Below, in pieces: positions 27,107 through 40,074 of a DNA stretch of 64,000 nucleotides. Within the stretch, counting starts at the first letter, position 1, and each line of letters starts with the position of its first letter. The stretch is from Phaeosaccion multiseriatum (Eukaryota; Protista; Ochrophyta, other classes). The DNA is taken from the NCBI GenBank assembly GCA_965112735.1, contig OZ218952.1, positions 4,650,001 through 4,714,000 of the forward strand. The letters run 5' to 3'. Under the pieces are notes generated by a model. That model searched no databases and had not been told where the DNA came from. It saw nothing but the letters and a program-made list of their open reading frames with translations. Made by a program: the position numbers and the translations under genes.

Positions 27107-28594
27107 TCAGTTGGGCGGCATGCGCAGGGCCCCGTCAAGCCGCACCACCTCTCCGTTGAGCATGTGGTTGTCCACGATGGCCTGCACCAGAGAGCCGAAC
27201 TCACAGGGCCGGCCCAGGCGGGAGGGGAAGGGTACGCTGCTGCCGAGCTGCTCCTGGACCTTTGTTGGCAAACCGGCTAGGAGGGGTGTTTCGAACAGGC
27301 CTGGGGCAATTGCGCACACTCTGAGTGAGTGAGTGAGGGAGGGAGGGAGGGACGCGGAGGCCACAGGGTGGAGAGTAAGGGCCGTGGTCTCTGATGTGGA
27401 GGGCTTCAAGAGGGGTGCGCTGAGGCCCGACGGGAAGGCGCTCCTCTCCCCTGCGAGACACCGTCCATACGCTTGAACGAGGGGTCCGGGGGGTGTATCG
27501 CCTTGACTTACTTACCGGATGCCGAGAGGCGCCAAGTCACGGGCACAGGGGAGTGTCATGCCCACGATAGCTCCCTGCGACAAGAGAGAGAGAGGGGGGG
27601 GGGGGGGGAGGGGAGAGAGAGAGACGGACAGGGGGAGCGAGGCAGAGAGGGGGAGAGAGAGGATGTGTGTATGTGTGTGTGTTTGTCTGTTTACCCTCAC
27701 AGCATGAGGTGTATATATATACATGCCGTAGTTCCTCACACTACTCTGTTTGCACGAGACTGGCTGTGCAGGTGGGAAGGAAGGGGGGCGACTAACCCTA
27801 CCAAGCTACAGCAGCTTACCTTTGAAGCGGCGTAGGCAGCCTGCCCTACCTGCCCCTCGTAGGCGGCGATGCTCGCCGTGTTAATGATGATCCCTCTCTG
27901 CCCCTCCGCGTCTTGGGGCCGTTGCGCCATGCGCTGGGCAGCGAGGCGGAGAACATTGAAGGTGCCCACGGAGTTGGTGTGGAGCACTCGAGAGAAAGCG
28001 TCAAGATCGTGCGCTGCTCCTTTTCTGGGGGGGAGGAGGAGGAGGAGGAGGAGGGATGGATGGATGGAAGAGGAGAAGAGGGAGAGGTGTTTTTGTCCGA
28101 ACGTTCCTTCGCTAATTTCCAACCCAATACCCCGCCCATGATGAGGGAGAAGGGAGGGGATTCTGGTCTATCTAGTACCCGTTGACTGTCTTGCAAGCAT
28201 GGCCGATTCCCGCGCAGTTGACGGCCACACGAACGCCGTCGTTGAACGTCCTTTCTGCCATTTCCAGCGCTGAGGCCACATCCATCTCGCTGGTGACCTA
28301 CTCAGATGCAGAGAATGGAGAGAGAGGGGGACAGAGAGCGAAAGATAAAGAGGACGAGAGACAAGATGAGCTGGCTTGGTTCCCTTTCTCTTCTTCAAGT
28401 TGACTCACATCGGCTTGGGCGTATAGAATCGGCGCTCCGTCCGGAAAGTCACCAAAGCGCTTCATCGCCTCTTTCTCCGGAAGTATATCCACCACAACTA
28501 CTCCGTACCCTTTGCGGGAGAGCTGTATCGCTGCAGCCCTCCCCAACCCTGATGCCCCTCCCGTGACTATCGCGGACAGCAATTTGGAGGCCAT
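27107..28594 (-). CDS. HSD17B10: 3-hydroxyacyl-CoA dehydrogenase type 2 (SDR; HSD17B10/MRPP2-like); 5 exons
   Basis: [51 protein letters not shown] (YxxxK), [41 protein letters not shown]. Confidence 0.95.
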
Positions 28595-28832
28595 CACGTC
28601 CCAATTTCCCTCGTCCTCTATGCAAAACTAACACGATCACGCGTAGAAGCCAGGCTTATTTCTACGATTGGAAGGAAAAGGCTCTCTGCTGGGCGGGTTG
28701 ACAAAAGGGGTTGTTCCGACAGCTTATCTTTATCGTTTGTTAGTTGGTTCTCTCCATTCAACTGGCGACGCTCCGTTACGTCCTCTTTTTTTTCCCTCCT
28801 TTTTCTCTTGCTCCTTGCACTGACTGCTTCCA

Positions 28833-30130
28833 ATGGGGGCTGGTCCAGCGTTTCATACTAGCGGGGGGGCTAAGCTCAGCGCTCTGAGCAGCGATGAGGT
28901 GGCTGATCTCCTTCGCGGACTGGGCACCCTGTACGAGGAAGCGGCTGAGCTTTGCAGAGGAATGGGAGTGGATGGGAGCCTCTTGGCAGAGACGGGTCAG
29001 TCTTCAAATAAAACTCCCGTCTCCCTCTCTTGCATCTCGCCCAAAAGACTTCAACATAAAACTCACTTCTCCTTTCCTTTCTTTTCCCTTCTTAACTGGG
29101 CCGACACCCAGTCGGAGACGAGTCGGCTTTGGACTCACTGCTCGACGATCTCAACGTGACAAAGGCGACCATGAGGAAGAATCTAAGGTCGAAACTTATC
29201 GGCATGGTCACTGCAGCGCAAGATGGTGAAGGCCAAATGGGGCCCAAAAGAGAGTTCAAGCTGTTCCTCAGTCACACCAAGGTAAGAAAGGAAGGAAGTT
29301 GAGGGCATCTTCGACCGCACTCACATTTTGGATCCACTTCTTCTTAACCCCAAGGTGGACGGCGAGGCACAAACGCTCCAAATTATGGAGGACTTGCAGA
29401 AGCTTGGAGTGGAGGAGAAGCAAATATTCTTTGACCGCAACCACCTTGATGATCTCACTCTGCTGGTGAGCTGACGTGAGGATGTGACCGGTGTTGCAAG
29501 GGCCTCTCATCTCGGCTTGCGTGGCTCCTTCCACCAACTCTCCACCCACTGCTATTCCTCGCTCCCTCAGCCGACTTCTGCTGCTCATCCACCCCGCCCC
29601 TCGCTCGCCCATCTCGATGCCCAACGTACTCTTGCTGTCATGTTTCTGCACTGAACTCTCAATGACACGACAACGCATCACAGGGAGACGAATACGGTAA
29701 GACATTTGTGTTTATGAGTGTGAGTGTGAGTGTGAGTGTGAGTGAGTGAGTGCTCTGTCTACCCCTCTGTCACCTCAGCCCATCCCCTAGACTACCTCCC
29801 CTCCACCCTTTGGAGACTGCTCATCAGTGATAGCTGACAACCTCCTCTCCCCCTCGCTCCTCTCGGCCGCCTATGCAGTGAAGGATAGTGACAACCTTGT
29901 GGTGTGCCTGACCAACGGCATACTCGGCCGGCCCTGGTGCCTGTACGAGTTTATGGCGGCGGCTCGGCACGGTATCACTCTCATCCCCGTTGCCATTCAA
30001 GACCCGACTCCTTTCGAGGCGCCGGCAGACGTGGAAAAGTGAGCAAGCCATGCAGCAACCAACGGATCATACTTGCACTGTGCACTCTTCCCTATCCCCC
30101 CATCTCTCTCTCTCTTTCTCTCTTTCTGTC

Positions 30131-30184
<54 letters not shown>

Positions 30185-31666
30185 TCTCTATCTTTCTCTT
30201 TTTCTCTCCCTCTCTCTCGCTCGGTCGATGCTCTCTGTTGTCATGTTTCTGTGGCTCACTTGATGTGTGTATTTATATGTCGTACCTATCTGCATTTCCA
30301 TCCATCTATCTTTCTATTTCCCCTCTCCTCTCTGCCCATCCATCTCACAGGTACTGTAGAGAGCAGGCCCTGACCCTGCACAAGGATCACGTGGCCTTCT
30401 TCCATCAGCGAGGCATACTCATGAAGGAGCTTGGATATGTGAGTGGAGAATGGGGATGGACAAAAACAAGCAGGCCCCTGTTGAGCCTTTGTTAGGCCAT
30501 TGTTGGGTATGGGTATGGGTGTATAGCGTCTCAGGAGGCTCTCTGAATCTCGCGTTAAGAGTCACTCTCTGGGGCAGTGACGTAATGATAGTTTCTGCTG
30601 CGGTTGACAATCTCACGGGGAGACTTTTGACACTGGAGAGGAATCTCTGAGCACCGCTACTGCTAGTACGATAGCACCCCTTCTGACGGAAGTCTCTCTT
30701 CTCGCCATGCCCATCAATCGCTAACGCACCTAAACAGGTGCTGCTGCGGCTGCTGCGAGACTTGATTCGCACTCCGTATGACTCCACCGCAGATGAAGAG
30801 CTTCGAAAGCAGAACTTACAGTTCGTTCTTCGGAAGATGAACAAAGGGACAGGTGTGTGTGGAAGGAGAGAGGGAGCTGAAGCACATTAGGGCGGGACGG
30901 CATGTCAGACCAATGACATCACAAAAGGGTTCGAGGCTGGCTTCATGCTTCCCGCCGAAGTCGCTTTTCGCTCCTTGCTGCGCCACCCTTTTTAGTGCCG
31001 TCCGCTCATCTGTATTTGCTCTCCGCCACCCCCGGGCAGCCATGGACACCGACCCCAGCAGCTTTCCCGTCCCCGTGACGGAGAGAGAAGCGGTCATGGC
31101 GGCTGAATGGAGGTGAGTACGGAGGTGTTCCTTGTGCTTCCTTGGTGTGCTTTGCATCCCCTTCTCCCCTTCCTCCTTGTGGCTGCAATCTCTCATCCTT
31201 TGCTTTCCTTTCCTTTCCCCGTGGGATCTCCTTCACACCGGACCTCCCCTCCCCTCCCTTCCCTTCCCTGCCCTCCCCTCCCCTCCTCTCCCCTCCCATC
31301 TCCTCCCATCACCTCGGTTCCGCTCCTCTCTCCCGCCTCTCCTTCTTACTTAGGGTGGCACAGGGCCAGATGAACGTGGAGCAAGACCAACTCAACTTCC
31401 TCAAGGACCCCAATCGCACTTGTGGTCGCATGCTCATCGCCAACAAATGGCGTACGTCGTTGGAGGAGCTGGTCATGTCTGAAGAAGACAAGAGGAACAC
31501 CCTCATTGTCGAGGTATGTTAGTACGGTAGGGTGGCAAGGCGGTGGAGTGCTCCCTTTTTGCTCTCCCTCTTTCACCGATAGCCCCTCCCCGTCGCCAAA
31601 CCATCCACTGCCATCCCCCATCCCCCGTCCCCCATGCCCCCTGCCCCATGCGATGCGCGCCCCTCC

Positions 31667-31699
<33 letters not shown>

Positions 31700-32552
31700 T
31701 CTCATTCTCTCTGTGCCCGCACTCCTCCCATTTGCTGCGGCTGCTGCTGGACCAAACTGCTGCAGCTGTCCAAGGTCGAGCACACAGCGATTGGCCTGGC
31801 AGAGGCACAGGGCATGTCCAACGAATCGCTGTCCCATCTGGCAGGTGCGAACTCACTCATCAGCATCACTTGATCTCCTGTCTTATCTGGGGGTGGGGTA
31901 CCCGACCTCCTCATCCAGTCACCTAATCCATATGTCAATGAGTACGCCCCAGGAGTACGCTCTCACTCGATGGTACAGTGTAAATGTGGCCACCCCCCTC
32001 AATCACTCACTCACTACAATGAATTGGTTTCCGGCCCCTCGTTTCGTTTCATGTATGCCTCGCGAGTCACTACCCTGGCCCTTTATAACAAACCTATCCT
32101 CCTTCTCGAACCTTTTCATCATCCCCTCGGAACGCCACAACGACAACGCCATGCAATGCATCCAATGCAGCTGCCAGGCTGTACCTGCTCCTACACTCCC
32201 TCATCTCGAAGGAAGACGCAGCACGTAAGTGTGCTAAGTATACACCCGCAGCAACCACGTGCTCACTAAGGCGTCGCCCAATTTGATTTTCAAGTTTATT
32301 GTGCCCAGTGGGGGCAGTTCCTACCCATCTAATCTACTGTAAAGTGTTCGCCCAATACTGCAACCTTCGATTGAACTTTCTTAATCTTTTGCTTTCCTCG
32401 CTTGACTCTCTCGTCTTGTGACATCAGGCATGAAGGAGGAAGACTACCGACAAGCGATGATCCGCTTCCTCCTCTCCCCCAAGATGGAGCTTGACTCGGA
32501 GGAAAATCTTCAGCGCAGACCACTGGCCGAGCTCCTCGACATCTCTCCATAG
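28833..32552 (+). CDS. Myristoylated SAM-TIR domain protein with two C-terminal helical repeats (~440 aa, 12 exons including a 13-nt microexon)
   Basis: Phase-consistent exons at approx. 28833-28995, 29112-29281, 29355-29465, 29684-29696, 29879-30038, 30351-30438, 30738-30852, 31040-31112, 31354-31513, 31767-31844, 32171-32225, 32429-32552. SAM-like segment LSSDEVADLLRGLG..YEE..GVDGSLL..LDDLNV...RKNL. TIR segment FKLFLSHTK...IFFDRNHLDDL...VKDSDNLVVCLTNGILGRPWCLYEFMAAARHGITLIPV. Confidence 0.82.
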
Positions 32553-32810
32553 CGACCGACCCGAATGGCAAAAGAGTACTTGAAGAAAAGACTTCACGCG
32601 ACGTCGTTTCCCTCAAGTAAGTAAAGTACCCCGCCACTTGCCCGTAGTTCCTTGCTGTAAGACATGTTTGTGTGTGCGTGCGTGCGCGTGCATGCGTGTG
32701 TATGTGTGTGTGTGCGTGCGTACGCACACGTGTTCTCACCTCTCTCCTGCCAAGGCTTTTCAGGACAGAGTGCAAGGAAGAAAGCCATCCTTAGCTTCCC
32801 TGCCTTCCCC

Positions 32811-35119
32811 TCACGTCTCTGCTGCTTTGCGCTTCATGTAGTCCGTAAAAGACGCGTAGACGGGTGTCCACTGCAGCTTGGCGAGAGACGCGCTGGCGTC
32901 ATAGATCTTGCCCTGATCCATCCGAGCGCCCTCACCTGCACACAAGCAGGAGCCGAAGCAGCAGTAGCAAGCAAGTCAGCAGGCAAGTTAACACAAAAGC
33001 AAGCAAGTACGGTAAGCAGGCAAGAGTAGCAGGTGGGAGAAGAGTACAGTAGCAGTGGTGTAGCAGTAGGAGCAAGGTGGTGAGAAGGGCGACAGCTGCT
33101 ACACCCCTGCCATGCCAAATGCTGAGGAGGAGGAGGAGGAGGAGGAGGAGGAGGAAGGGACAGAGCAGCATGTCGTATGGCTAACCCCCCCCCCCCCCCC
33201 CTTTGTCACTGTACCTTCCAGGAACTCTGGTACGGGCTTGTCTTTGTAGTCGGGATGTGAGATGGCAGCTTCAACGATGCCGAGGCGAGACATGGGGTTT
33301 CCGTCTGACACCAAGTACGTCTCCTCTCTGTGCCCCGCCCTCAGGGCAGCGATGACCGCACCCTATAACAATCAGGCAATGGCAAGGAAGTTAAGGAAGG
33401 AGTAGTGTGGGGATAGCAGAGACAACACGCGAACTGCGCGCGCGCGTGTGTGCGTGTATGTATGTGTGTATGTATGTATGTATGTATGTATGTGGTCTGC
33501 CTCTCCTTCGTAACTCAAAGGCATGACCCTTACCGCTGCGTCTTCATATGAGAGAAGGTTAATGAGTCCGGCAGGAGAGCCATTCACCACCCCCTTGTTG
33601 AGCCAGAAGCTGTGCGCCCCTCTTTCGAGTGCGTACAGCCCAGCCAGTCGCACCGCGCAACCGCCCTTCTTCACGCACGCGGCTTCCGCCTCTGGATGAT
33701 GAAGATGATGATGGTGATGGGGATGGAAAGGGGTGGGGAAGGGCAGAAAGATGCGTGGGTAGGGGGGTATGAGATGGCAGCGGTAGCACAAGGAGGGCCC
33801 ATCCACTTGGCTGCTGCTCACGCTGATTCATTCAAAGCCGCAAATCACACCTCCTCCACTCACTGACTCATCTTGTCCACTCACACACGCACTTACGAAC
33901 TCGCTCATTCACTCTCTTTCTCCCTCACTCCTTCCCTCACTCAGCCACCCACTCCCTCCCAAACTCACTCACTCACCCTTGAACTTCTGTATCCTTTCAG
34001 TGTCGAGTAGCGGCGAGGTCTCTGTGACCACCCCCCCGTCCTTCTCCGCGTACACCCCTCCCGAGGACGTAAAGACGAACGCCCCTGGAGCAAGGAAACA
34101 GGAGTTGGGATGGTCAAGACTTCGCTGTTTGCTTCTTTCTTCCGCCCCTGCCGACTGCGACTTTGCGCAACTAAGTGCCTCCGCTACGACTCCTTTGTTT
34201 GATGCTCTGATGTGGGTCAAGCTTTCGTATACTCAATGCGCGAGAGGCACTTGGATAGGGTGGAGCTCCCTCCCTCCCTCCCTCCCTCTCTCCCTCCCTC
34301 CCTCCCTTCCCTCCCTCACCTGTTCCATCCCAGAGGCCGGCAGCCTCTGCCACCTCTGCCGGGTAATCGTCGTTTCCTACATGAAGGTTGAGACAGCCAT
34401 CGAGGAGGATGAGATGAGAGGCCGCGAAAGGTTGGAACAGGCTCTCGTGCCATATTGATACACTGCACGCCGATTGGTACCGCTGGCAACCCGTCACTCA
34501 CCGGAAGGAGGCGCGCAAAATACGACATTGGGGTGGCGTGTTCCGTCCCTCTGACTCCTCAGTCTGGGCTCGATCCCCATCTGTGCTAGGTCTGTGTGAC
34601 GACTCTCGGTGCGCGTTTCTCCGTAAATGGATCCGCCTGGAAATTGACTCTTCCACTGCTCGGCGATGAGACATCTGTTGGCGGGAGGGACATATATGGA
34701 CATTAATAGCACAGCCCCAACCGCATGGGAAGCAAACAGACTGTGGAAGGAAAGAGTGAAGTGAAGACATAGAAGACGCACCCGAGATAGCCGGTTCCCA
34801 CGATGTAAAGGTCGTGTGACTCATCTCCACCCCCACCCACGGCCTCCCGCTCGCCACCGCCACTCCCAGCCGCTGCTGCTGCTCCTACCCTGGACGTAGT
34901 GCTCCAGAAGGTCTCAGTGTCTCCGCTACTCGCGGATCCCCCCCTTAATAATCCCGCGGTTGCAACGAATCCTCCCCGTAGAGCTATTGCCGCAGCTGGT
35001 GCTGAATGTTGAGTGCTCTCGACACAGGGGCAGAGCAGAGCTGAGGCCAAGACCGCCACCGCAAGAGGGAACACTCTGCGGGCAAGGCGCCCCTTCCCGG
35101 AGACCATGCAAAGAGCCAT
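32811..35119 (-). CDS. NAD(P)-binding Rossmann-fold / NAD-dependent epimerase-family protein (YeeZ-like), probably plastid-targeted; 7 exons
   Basis: LYIVGTGYLG (GxGxxG), VVFCAPPSGNDDY, FVFTSSGGVYAE, AVRLAGLY, GAHSFWL, INLLSYEDAA, GKIYD..LQWTPVYASF; hydrophobic N-terminal signal sequence. Confidence 0.85.
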
Positions 35120-35272
35120 GGTACGGTGCTAAGAGAAAGGAAGGGAGAGGAAGGGATCAGGAAGGAGGCGGGAGGGAACAGGGTAGATACTTTCGTAAGT
35201 CAACGACCTTCTCTTGGGGCCCGGCCCGCATCTCCGGATCTGCTTCCGAACTAGACCGAAGCGCCCCACTTG

Positions 35273-37411
35273 ATGAGAGCTGCGTCGGCGAGTAGATACG
35301 TCTTAGCCACAGCTCTTCCCGGCGTTGCGGGCGCATCGTTCAGGGCAGCGGCAGGTGGGGGAATCCACCCTTGCTTCGTTCCCAGTCCTGCCTTGATTGT
35401 AGCACCCAGTACCTGTGCAACAGATAGGCATTTGTATCGCCCTAACCACCGGCTGGTCCAGCACAGCTCTCGCCGCATCCTCTCCACCACGACCAGGAGG
35501 AGGCAGAGGGAGGGAACTCGCGTTATGACTTCTGGTGCTAGTGATGTTGAGGAGTTTGGGAGCTCGGTAGGTCTGAGTGACATCCAGCACCAGGGGCAGG
35601 AGGCGCAGGAGGAAGCAGACACAAAGGATTCCACTGATGTCTCGACACCATTCTCTCTGCCGACTTCGTGGGTGCTAGAGGTAAAGAGGTGCCTTGCACG
35701 GGACAAGAAGAACCCTACAGCCAAGTGAGTGGAGTGGGCAGGCAGGGAGGGAGGGTTGGGGGCGTTTGTTGCCATCTTTGACTCTCTCTCTCTCTTTCCT
35801 TGCGCCCTGTACTACCGGACCCCTTCACCGTAGCCCCCCTCCTCTTCATCTGTCTCCCGGCCCGCCGCAGCATCCCTCCTCTTTCTTGTTAGTCATCACT
35901 GCACTGCCCTGATCTCCCCCCCCCGCTTTTGTATTTCGATGTGATGGATGGCTTGCCACCGGGGGCAGGTACTTTCAAATCGCCACGGCCTCTGTAGACG
36001 GGGGCGCCTCCTGCCGCACTGTGGTGTTCCGGGGCTTCGCAGAGCACTTATCACCAGAGGCGAACATGCTTCACCTCAAGATGGTCACGGACAGGAGGAG
36101 CGGCAAGGTGAGTTGACTCAGCGAGTGCGTGGGTGATAAGAGCGGGCCATGGAGAGCAAACACAGCCTTGTGAGAGGAAGGTGAACGAGTGGCTGATGTG
36201 GAGGTCTCGAGGTCTCACAATAAATGAATACCACGAACACAACCGACGGACCTGCCCCCCTCCCGTCCTCTTAAGTCCCTCCTTCATCGGCATGCGCATG
36301 CACACTGCTTTGGCAAACCGAACCTCCACCAACCTCCGCCTCCGCGCCTCAGGTCCCGGAGCTTGGGGCCAACCCCCGTGCCGAGGTGTGTTGGTACATG
36401 AACAAGGCCAGGGAGCAGTTCCGCATCTCTGGCGACGTGACGGTGGTGGCTGCGGATGAGAAAGACGAGGCCCTGGCGAAGGTATGTATGTCTGTATGTG
36501 TGTATGTATGTATGTATGTATGTATGTATGTATGTATATGTGTATGTATGTATGTATGTTTGTATGTTTGTATGTATGTATGTATGTATGTATGTAATTG
36601 AATTAGTGTATGCATGTCTGTATGTGTATGCATGTGTGTATGTATGAATGTGTATGTAATTCTGCCCCGCTCTGGTATGCCGTTTGGTGTGGACCGTATG
36701 TGCTATGCTGTATCACCAACGGGTATGTCACCAACCTCTGTCCTGCTGTCCTTCTCCACACCCCTCACACCACACAAAGGCGCGCACAGTGATGTGGAAG
36801 GAAATGAGCGACGGCGCGAGGCAGAGCTTCGCATGGCCCGTGCCCGGGGAGGAGCGGGCTTGGGACGACGATGGGGAGCAGAGTCGAGACTTCGACCCAC
36901 CACCACAGGTGAGAGGATAAGGAGGGGAGGGGAGGGGAGGAGAGGGATGGGAAGGAGGGAGGGAGGGAGGGAGGGAGCGAGGGTAGGTAGGGGGCACTTT
37001 GGTGCACTGCCCCTCTGGAGACTTGCACGGCTCCTTCGGAGTCTGCTGCAACCTGGTCGTATCTCTTCCTTCCTTCCATGAATCCGCTTCTCAGAGAAAT
37101 CTGCGACAAGTGGACTGCCCGACTCAACTCTTTGCTGCTGCTACTGCTGCTGCTCTTGGGCGTCGCAAAACACCCCAAACGCACGTACTTTCCCTGCATG
37201 TGGGGGCTGGGGCGGGGCGTGTGTGGGCGGGTGTGTGCGTGCGTGCGCTGAGCAGGACGCCTCGGTGCCTGTGGACAACTTCCTCCTACTCCTCCTGCGG
37301 CCCACCTGTGTGGACCACTTGTGCCTAAAGGGCTCTCCCCAGCGCCGCTTCTTGTACCGCTGGGACGAGGAGGGTGAGGGCGGCTGGACCACCACAAGAG
37401 TCAATCCCTGA
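35273..37411 (+). CDS. Pyridoxamine 5'-phosphate oxidase-related FMN-binding protein (Alr4036 type) with an organellar presequence; 5 exons
   Basis: YFQIATASVDGGASCRTVVFRGF, MVTDRRSGK, NPRAEVCWY..REQFRISG, ARTVMWKEMSDGARQSFAWPVPG, NFLLLLLRPTCVDHLCL, C-terminal WTTTRVNP. Confidence 0.87.
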
Positions 37412-37909
37412 GCCTTTGGGCATCGAAAGAGTCGACCACACCTGAGCCTGCGCCACTAACTGTATATGATCTGACTGTATATGATTCGATCCACTTGGCT
37501 TCGGGAAACCCTCCCCTCCACTTCAGAAGACTTGCACCGCTGCCGAAAGAAGGGCGGTTACGGCGGTTACGGCAGGCAGTACAGTAGAGTGAGTCAGTCT
37601 GCTGCTCTTGTCGCACCACGCCTCGCGGTAAGTCGGGGGAGCCAACATCAACGTTCATTCCACATTCCTTCGTTTGGGCCAACATGCAACATTCCCTCAT
37701 TGCTCCTTCCTTTTGAGTCGCCCCCTCCTCCGCCAACAAGCTAACTGCTCGCACTTTCTGTAGTACAAACACGACAACGCCTGTAACACCAACACGACAA
37801 CGCCTCTCCTGGCGGTCCTGGCGGGCCTGCTGAACGCCATCTAAGGAGAGGCGCAAGCAAAAAGCACGCCGGGCCTCCTGTCCGACCCCCTTCTCCGCTC
37901 CGCCTCCTC

Positions 37910-37983
<74 letters not shown>

Positions 37984-38029
37984 GATGCTGTTGTCGGTCT
38001 TGTCCGGCCCTCTCACACTGCCTCACTGC

Positions 38030-39738
38030 CTACCACCCCCCCTCTCCATTCAGCCTCCTCCTGTTGTTGTTGTCCTTGCGCTCGCTCCTCTTTGCCGCCC
38101 TCTCGGCTTTCGCTTCAACGAGCTGCTTCAGATCGATGCTGCGCACCTGCGTCTGAGCCCACCCACGGGGCTTTTGGGGGCGGTACAGTAGACAGGTGTG
38201 CCCCACAACCTAGTGGGAGGGCAGAAGGGCAAGAAGATGGGAGGGCAGGAGGGTAAAAGGGGTTGAGTGTTTGAGTGTAGGAGGGAGCAAAACAACAGAA
38301 AGAGGGAGCACAGATGCGAAGGCAGTGCCCAGCAGAGTGTTCAGCAGATGACAGGGAGAGAGGGAAAGGAAGGGGCGCGCGCTATGAAGAGTAGGGGGAA
38401 CCGACCGTGACTTCGGTCTGAGCAAGCAGCGACAGACAGACACAGCTCGCTCTCTTTCCCTCTTTGGAGGGAAGGAGTGTCCCCTGCAAAGAGGAGGAGG
38501 TTGCAGAGACTGCAGAGGCTGCAGAGTTTGCGGATGTTGGAGAGGTTACAGGCTCGTCTTACCGAGCCCAGCGAACAGCAGAGGGAGTCGACCAGGACAC
38601 TAGAAGGGTGACAAAAAGCCATGCCACCACCCCTTCCGATTGCCCTTCCCTTACCTGGGCCACTGTAGCTCCGCTCTGCTTGGCCAATGCCTCTCCGAGC
38701 ACCTTTACTTCCGCCTTCTTCTTGGCCTTGTGCATTCGAATGTTCACCTTGTGAGGTTGCATGTGAGGTTGCGAGGTTTAGGGTGGGTGGGGATTGAGGG
38801 GGTGGATTCAGTAAGGACCAAGTCGGAGGGGCAGCGCGGAGACGAAGAGCAAAGAGGGCTGCTCTATCCAGGGGGTTGGATATGCAGCACTCCCGCAACC
38901 CCCACACCCATGTCAAAGGAAAGAACAAAGGGGGCAGATAGACTGTCTGCACCCACTCACTCACTCACTCACCCACCTACTCACTCACTCACTCACTCAC
39001 TCCCTTACTCCGTCCCTCACTCACTCACTCACTCACTCACTCCCTCACTCACCAGCTCGTGTGCCTCGAGCTGAAGCATAATCTCGGAAGCAAAGGCAGG
39101 CGTGAGCTCCTTCATAGGAATGGTGGACAATGTCCCCTCCCCCTTCATGCGAGAGGCCAACCCCCTCAAAGCAGACTTCTCCTTCCCGCTCAGCTTGGGG
39201 CCCTTCGGTGGGGCACTTGCAGCGGCGGGATCAGCGTCTTCCGAGGCTGCATCGGTCCCTAGGGCCTGTTCTTGCGCTGGTGACTTCGCCTCCTCCACTA
39301 TCGCCTCTCCCTCCTCCTCACTGTCCTCTCCTGCACTGTCTACCATCGAACCCAAGGACCGAAGCTGCTGCTGCCGATTCCCTTGCCATTGGCCCAGACT
39401 GCTGCAGCGAGAGTAAGCGGGGAGGGGAGGGGCCATGGGTGGGTGGGCCTCCGTGAGAAGCCAGCCGCCTAGACAACAAATGGAGAAGCGCTGCTGATTT
39501 ACCTGACCGAGCTTCCGCTGAAGCAGGCGCGACCTATTGCTTCAGGTCGTGCTGTCGCTGCTGCGATGGAGTTTGAGCCTATTGCTGCTCTGCCCCGCTT
39601 CATTCCACGCCCTCTGCTCACCACAGAGCGGCTGGCCCTGCTGATGCTGCTGCTGCTCCCAAAGCCGTGCACCCCCAGGATGGTGCTACCTCTCGCCACA
39701 AGGGCCATTACGGGAAGGCTGACATGGATGCTCCTCAT
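38030..39738 (-). CDS. Single CRM-domain (YhbY-like) RNA-binding protein, probably plastid-targeted; 4 exons
   Basis: LSGKEKSALRGLA...LEAHEL|VKVNI...GEALAKQSGATVAQ|VVGHTCLLYRP follows the CRM consensus; N-terminal signal ends VHG-F. Confidence 0.85.
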
Positions 39739-40074
39739 CCTGCCGGAGCCCTGCTTGTGGTATAAGCGTCAATCAAGCTGTGCGGGCCGGGGGGAATTTA
39801 GGATCGAAGTAGAATATCGATATCGATATTACTAACAAACCCCCCCCTCTCGATATCCCCTCTCGGCACTTAACCTTTCCACGTTGAGGTGATATCCATT
39901 CCATTTCCTTTTGCTCTGAGACGTCTGCAACTTGCTTAGCTGCTGAGGAAACGCTGGTGGGCTGAGGATCTCTTGCATTATGGCGGAGGGGGCTTTCGAC
40001 ATAGAGGTACACATTTCGTCGTGTCTGGGCAATTTTGAATCTGCCTCCTTCTCTTGTCGAAGGCTCACAAGCAG

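Noticed and set aside
35995-36020. Suspected frameshift in the PNPOx-like exon
   Set aside because: Recounting the G run gives GAC GGG GGC GCC TCC TGC CGC (DGGASCR), which is in frame.
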